Below are positions 28,208-32,000 of a stretch of 32,000 nucleotides of DNA, piece by piece. Position 1 is the stretch's first letter; each line of letters starts with the position of its first letter. The translations under genes were made by a program, and so were the position numbers. This DNA is from Pirellula staleyi DSM 6068 (GTDB lineage: Bacteria; Planctomycetota; Planctomycetia; Pirellulales; Pirellulaceae): the NCBI GenBank assembly GCA_000025185.1, contig CP001848.1, forward strand, positions 3,540,001 through 3,572,000. Direction: 5' to 3'. Below the pieces are notes generated by a model. It saw nothing but the letters and a program-made list of their open reading frames with translations. It was not told the DNA's origin and made no database searches.

Positions 28208-29977
28208 ATGGCAGGAACCAAACCGATGCATGGGAGCCACGGCGAAGCTCCGTACGTTGGTCCGCTGGGCCAGCTGCTGCGGCTGCTTCGTCCTGACCTG
28301 ACCGATATCGTCGTAGTGGGCATTTTTTCGCTCGTGGTGGGGCTCCTTTCGCTGGCGACTCCGATCACGGTCGAGGCGCTGGTCAACACCGTCACGTTCG
28401 GCCGCTATCTGCAGCCTCTCGTCGTCCTGGCGATCATGCTGTTTGCCTTTCTCGGGTTTGCGGCGCTGCTGAAGGGTCTGCAGACCTACATCGCCGAAAT
28501 CATGCAGCGCCGAGTGTTTGTGCGGGTGGTGATGCAGCTGGCCGAAAAATTGCCGCGTGTGAAGCGCGATGCGTTTGCCGAGCAGCATGGTCCGGAAATG
28601 ATCAATCGCTTCTTTGAAGTGATCACGGTTCAGAAATCAGCCGCTCTGCTGGTGCTCGATGGAATCGCCATCGTCATCACAGCGATCATCGGCATGATTG
28701 TGCTCGCCTTCTATCACCCTTATTTGCTCGGATTCGACCTTGTCTTGATGGGGAGCGTGGCGTTTGCCGTCTTTGCGCTCGGACGCGGGGCTGTCGATAC
28801 GGCCATTAACGAATCTTATAAGAAATATGCGGTTGCTTCGTGGCTTGAACAGCTGGCGATGTTTCCGACCACCTTTAAGCTCGATGGTGGCCGACAGCGT
28901 GCGCGCGAGCGAGCCGATGAACTAACCGTCGATTATCTCAAAGCTCGTCAAAATCACTTTGCGATTCTCATACGTCAAATTATTTTCTCCCTGGCGCTAC
29001 AAGCAGTTGCCGGGGCATCGCTGCTGGGGATCGGCGGTTTTCTCGTCATCAATGGTCAGCTCACGCTGGGCCAGCTTGTGGCGGCCGAGCTGATTGTGGC
29101 AGTGATTGTTGGCTCGTTTGCCAAGCTCGGCAAACATATGGAAAGCTACTACGACTTGCTCGCCGCTTGCGACAAGCTGGGACATCTGTTCGATCTTCCG
29201 ACCGAACGCGATGAAGGGGTGAACCCGCAACGTTTGTCGCTCGGTGCCCGTGTAGCGCTTCATCGTGTCACGCTGCAAGGTGGTCATCACGGGGCCACCG
29301 CGCCCCATGCAAGCAATCCTCTGTCGCTGGTGATTGAGCCCGGGGAACGTGTCGCCATTAGTGGCCCGCCTGGCTCGGGAAAAAGTCATCTCCTCGAAAT
29401 GCTGTATGCGCTCGACGATCCCGCGCACGGCTATATCGAATTCGATGCGCTCGACCTACGCAGTGTTTCGCCTGCTGCACTGCGCGAGCAAGTGGCACTC
29501 GTGCAATCGATCGAAGTTTTCGAAGGGACCGTGGCCGAAAACATCGATCTCGGTCGGGCTGGAATTAACTACGAAGATGTGCGGCAAGTGCTCGAAGATC
29601 TCGATCTTTGGAACGAGGTGATGCACTTGCCCGAAGGGTTGCAAACGAAGCTGTCGCCGACCGGTAATCCCCTCTCGGGAAGTCAGCTGATTCGTCTGGC
29701 GCTCGCGCGAGCGCTCGTCAGCAAGCCGCGGCTGATGATGGTCGATACGATCCTCGATCAGCTAGCCGATCATCAACTGCGACGGGTTCTCGATGCGCTC
29801 ACCAGCGCCGATCGCTCGCGTACGCTCATCATTGTCTCGGGACGAGATGGGTTGCTCTCGAGCTGCGATCGTGCGATTCATCTCGGTCCGGATTTTCACA
29901 GCGATGGCACCTCGCCTGAGGAAGATCCCACGAGCTCAGGCACAAAGAATCGGCTCGGACTCGTTTCGGTTCGCTAA
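28208..29977 (+). CDS. ABC exporter (fused TMD-NBD, HlyB/type I exporter-like, no peptidase domain) with a degenerate catalytic site
   Basis: 589 aa with six predicted TM segments. Walker A GPPGSGKS, Q-loop VALVQS, signature LSGSQ. Walker B is LMMVDT (canonical hhhhDE) and the H-loop position is IIVSGRD (canonical IAHR). Confidence 0.85.
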   Translation: MAGTKPMHGSHGEAPYVGPLGQLLRLLRPDLTDIVVVGIFSLVVGLLSLATPITVEALVNTVTFGRYLQPLVVLAIMLFAFLGFAALLKGLQTYIAEIMQRRVFVRVVMQLAEKLPRVKRDAFAEQHGPEMINRFFEVITVQKSAALLVLDGIAIVITAIIGMIVLAFYHPYLLGFDLVLMGSVAFAVFALGRGAVDTAINESYKKYAVASWLEQLAMFPTTFKLDGGRQRARERADELTVDYLKARQNHFAILIRQIIFSLALQAVAGASLLGIGGFLVINGQLTLGQLVAAELIVAVIVGSFAKLGKHMESYYDLLAACDKLGHLFDLPTERDEGVNPQRLSLGARVALHRVTLQGGHHGATAPHASNPLSLVIEPGERVAISGPPGSGKSHLLEMLYALDDPAHGYIEFDALDLRSVSPAALREQVALVQSIEVFEGTVAENIDLGRAGINYEDVRQVLEDLDLWNEVMHLPEGLQTKLSPTGNPLSGSQLIRLALARALVSKPRLMMVDTILDQLADHQLRRVLDALTSADRSRTLIIVSGRDGLLSSCDRAIHLGPDFHSDGTSPEEDPTSSGTKNRLGLVSVR

Positions 29978-30003
29978 ACTCGCCAAGTCCAGGATGAAAC
30001 GTC

Positions 30004-31383
30004 ATGTCGGCTACCACCACGATGCCAACCGCGGTTGAAAACGTTTCCGAGCGAAACGCCACAGCCAAAGCGCGCACCTGGCAGTCGCAGATGCTCGTTC
30101 GGCCCTCCATTGGTGTCCGCGTTTTGGCGTTCGGGCTCTTCCTGGCCCTCTTCGTCATGATTGTCGGCATGCTCTATCTACCGTGGCAACAAACGTCGCG
30201 TGGAGCGGGGCGAGTCGTGGCGTACGATCCGACCGAACGTCCTCAAACGATCGAAGCGCCGATCTATGGTCGCGTCGCTAAATGGGGAGAAGGAATTTAC
30301 GAAGGAGCCTCGGTCACCAAGGGGCAACTCATTTTGGAGATCGCCGACAACGATCCCGAGCGAGCCTTGCGACTCGAGCAGCAAGTCGAAGCGACGAAAC
30401 AGAAGCTCGCCTTCGCGACCGACAAGGTGCAGTCGTACTTTTCGCAGATCGAAGAGTACCGAGCATCGCGCACGCTGATTGAGGAATCGTACGCGCAGCT
30501 GATCGCCGTCGCCGAGCAAAAAATCGCCGCGAGCAAAAGCGATCTCGCCGCAGCGAAGGCCTCCGAGTGGCAACTCGAAATCGACTTCCAGCGTCAAGAT
30601 ACGCTCGCCAAGGAAGGGATTGTGGGGGGGATCAAAGGTCAAGAAGCGAAAGCCAAGTACGAGCAAGCGGTTGCCAAACGGCAAGCCAGCGAGAGCTACG
30701 TCGAAGCTGCGGAGCGCGAACGAGAATCGAAGCTCGCCGAGGGTAAGGCCAAGGTGCGCGAGGCAGTCACCAAGGTGCAAGAGGCTCAGGCCAAGCATCA
30801 AGCAGCCCAAGGTGAAGAGGCACTCGCTCGCAAAGAACTGGCTGAAATTCAAGGGAAACTCGCACAATTCGGACAGCGTACGGTGGTCGCTCCGCGCGAT
30901 GGCATCTTGCTTCGCATCTACGTCGCCGACAACACCCAAATGCTCAAAGAGGGTGATCCTCTCTTCATGATCGTTCCTGAAACGACGGAGCAAGCGGTGG
31001 AGTTGTGGGTCAATGGAAACGACATTCCGCTCATCGAACTCGGTCGCGAAGTGCGGCTTCAGTTCGAAGGTTGGCCCGCGGTGCAGTTTGCTGGATGGCC
31101 GAGCGTGGCGGTCGGTACTTTTAGCGGCGAAGTGGTGGCGATTGATGCGACCGACGACGGCAAAGGGAATTTCCGCGTCCTCGTACAACCTCGACCCAAT
31201 CAGCCGTGGCCCTCGAAACAGTTCCTCCGCCAAGGGGCTCGTGCCAATGGCTGGGTGATGCTTAACGAGGTTCGGCTCGGCTATGAAGTGTGGCGACAAC
31301 TCAACGGCTTCCCGCCGGTAATCGCCATGGAAGAACCGAAAAGTGACTCTAAAGAAAAGACGAAAGTGAAGCTCCCCAAATGA
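30004..31383 (+). CDS. HlyD-family membrane fusion (periplasmic adaptor) protein
   Basis: 459 aa. N-terminal TM segment (VLAFGLFLALFVMIVGMLYL), a long coiled-coil (A/E/K/Q-rich, about aa 130-290), and a beta-barrel end (VVAPRDGILLRIYV, GTFSGEVVAIDA). Confidence 0.85.
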   Translation: MSATTTMPTAVENVSERNATAKARTWQSQMLVRPSIGVRVLAFGLFLALFVMIVGMLYLPWQQTSRGAGRVVAYDPTERPQTIEAPIYGRVAKWGEGIYEGASVTKGQLILEIADNDPERALRLEQQVEATKQKLAFATDKVQSYFSQIEEYRASRTLIEESYAQLIAVAEQKIAASKSDLAAAKASEWQLEIDFQRQDTLAKEGIVGGIKGQEAKAKYEQAVAKRQASESYVEAAERERESKLAEGKAKVREAVTKVQEAQAKHQAAQGEEALARKELAEIQGKLAQFGQRTVVAPRDGILLRIYVADNTQMLKEGDPLFMIVPETTEQAVELWVNGNDIPLIELGREVRLQFEGWPAVQFAGWPSVAVGTFSGEVVAIDATDDGKGNFRVLVQPRPNQPWPSKQFLRQGARANGWVMLNEVRLGYEVWRQLNGFPPVIAMEEPKSDSKEKTKVKLPK

Positions 31384-32000
31384 CATGGAAGTCATGGATG
31401 GTGCTCGCCCTCGTGCTCGCTGGTGGAACCGGTTGTGGCACGACACGCTCCCAAACAACTCCGCCAACGGCACCAATGCCGCAGGCTGCTTCACGCGCCC
31501 CGAGCGAGTCGTCTCCTGCTGCGCACGATCCGTCGCGGCGTACGGCTTTTCTCCCAGCCGTCAGCCAAGTATCGATGCAAGTCCCCGTGCAGCCTCCAGA
31601 CGCAGCGCCACTGCCGCCACCCCTGTCTGGCCCCATGCTGGCACCCATTCCTGCGCCGATGCCTCGGCCCATGAACGGTCCGCCGACGGGACCTATGCCA
31701 GCCCCGAGGATTGTGCCCCTTCCTGCGCCGGATCCTGATCCCAACAGCCCCGCTGGCGGCGCGCCGGAAGTCCTTCCTCTGCCGCTGGGAATGGGCGATC
31801 GCAGCCCCACACTACCCGAGCGTAGCCCTGCCGATCGTTTGCAAAATCTGATCGAGTCGGCTGATCCAAGTGCTGAGAATTTCGAGAAGGCACCCCTCTC
31901 GCTCGAGCAATTGATGGGGAGCGTGGTGCAGCAATTTCCACTGGTGCTCAGTGCGCTCGAAGAGCAGCAAATCGCATCGGGTCGCGCGCAAGCAGCGCAA
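31380..32000 (+). CDS. TolC-family outer membrane factor lipoprotein with long Pro-rich linker; partial, continues past the window end
   Basis: Not in the ORF track because there is no stop in the window. The ATG at 31380 overlaps the HlyD stop (ATGA). Translation gives MTWKSWMVLALVLAGGTGC (lipobox), about 110 aa of Pro-rich linker, then LSLEQLMGSVVQQFPLVLSALEEQQIASGRAQAAQ, typical of the first TolC/OEP repeat. Confidence 0.7.
   Translation, partial: MTWKSWMVLALVLAGGTGCGTTRSQTTPPTAPMPQAASRAPSESSPAAHDPSRRTAFLPAVSQVSMQVPVQPPDAAPLPPPLSGPMLAPIPAPMPRPMNGPPTGPMPAPRIVPLPAPDPDPNSPAGGAPEVLPLPLGMGDRSPTLPERSPADRLQNLIESADPSAENFEKAPLSLEQLMGSVVQQFPLVLSALEEQQIASGRAQAAQ

Noticed and set aside
27879-28588. 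85-aa plus-strand ORF (TTG start), and minus-strand ORFs at 28075-28395 and 28184-28588
   Set aside because: There is no start context and no motifs. The minus-strand ORFs overlap the ABC transporter start in antisense. I treat them as non-coding leader and shadow frames.
30178-31494. 438-aa minus-strand ORF
   Set aside because: It is antisense to the HlyD-family gene, whose TM segment, coiled-coil and barrel organisation is clear. The shadow frame is Arg/Leu/Phe-rich.
31349-31810. 153-aa Gly-rich minus-strand ORF, and plus-strand ORFs at 31385-31738 and 31423-31674
   Set aside because: They are antisense or out of frame to the Pro-rich linker of the TolC-like lipoprotein. CCN codons read in reverse give Gly runs.
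27219-32000. Search for an RTX-type or double-glycine-leader substrate for the export triad
   Set aside because: No GGxGxD nonapeptide repeats and no bacteriocin-like precursor with a GG leader were seen in any frame. The ABC protein also lacks a C39 peptidase domain, so no substrate call is made.

Overview
GC-rich bacterial chromosome segment. Gene content points to Planctomycetota, Pirellulales-like: two DUF1559 prepilin-type N-terminus proteins, a DUF1549/DUF1553 cytochrome-c-domain protein, and many signal-peptide or lipoprotein genes. Housekeeping and accessory genes are an APC permease, a PQQ-like beta-propeller protein, a divergent oxyR-katG pair, a YciI-like protein, a sialate O-acetylesterase, and an ABC/HlyD/TolC export triad at the right edge. 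The main feature is a ~7.5 kb integrated element at a tRNA-Ser(UGA) gene (about 15338-22879). It is bounded by a 30-nt perfect direct repeat of the tRNA 3' end. It carries a tyrosine integrase, a small XRE-type HTH, a zinc-finger/Toprim primase fused to a RecA-like ATPase, an excisionase-family HTH, a 434-aa orphan protein, and a lower-GC 364-aa cargo protein with a HEPN-like R-x4-H motif. Next to that cargo gene is a truncated MmeI/PglX-like methyltransferase N-terminus. There are no capsid, terminase or conjugation genes, so the layout resembles a P4/PICI-like satellite or a mobilisable defence islet. Right of attR lies an integrase-tail remnant and about 2.5 kb of patchy lower-GC DNA, which suggests an older decayed insertion at the same site. 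Also notable: the ABC exporter lacks the Walker-B catalytic Glu and the H-loop His; KatG has a lipoprotein-type N-terminal extension; and an array of TGTCGGA heptamers sits in the element's control region. All calls come from reading the ORF translations and the sequence by eye; no database search was run.
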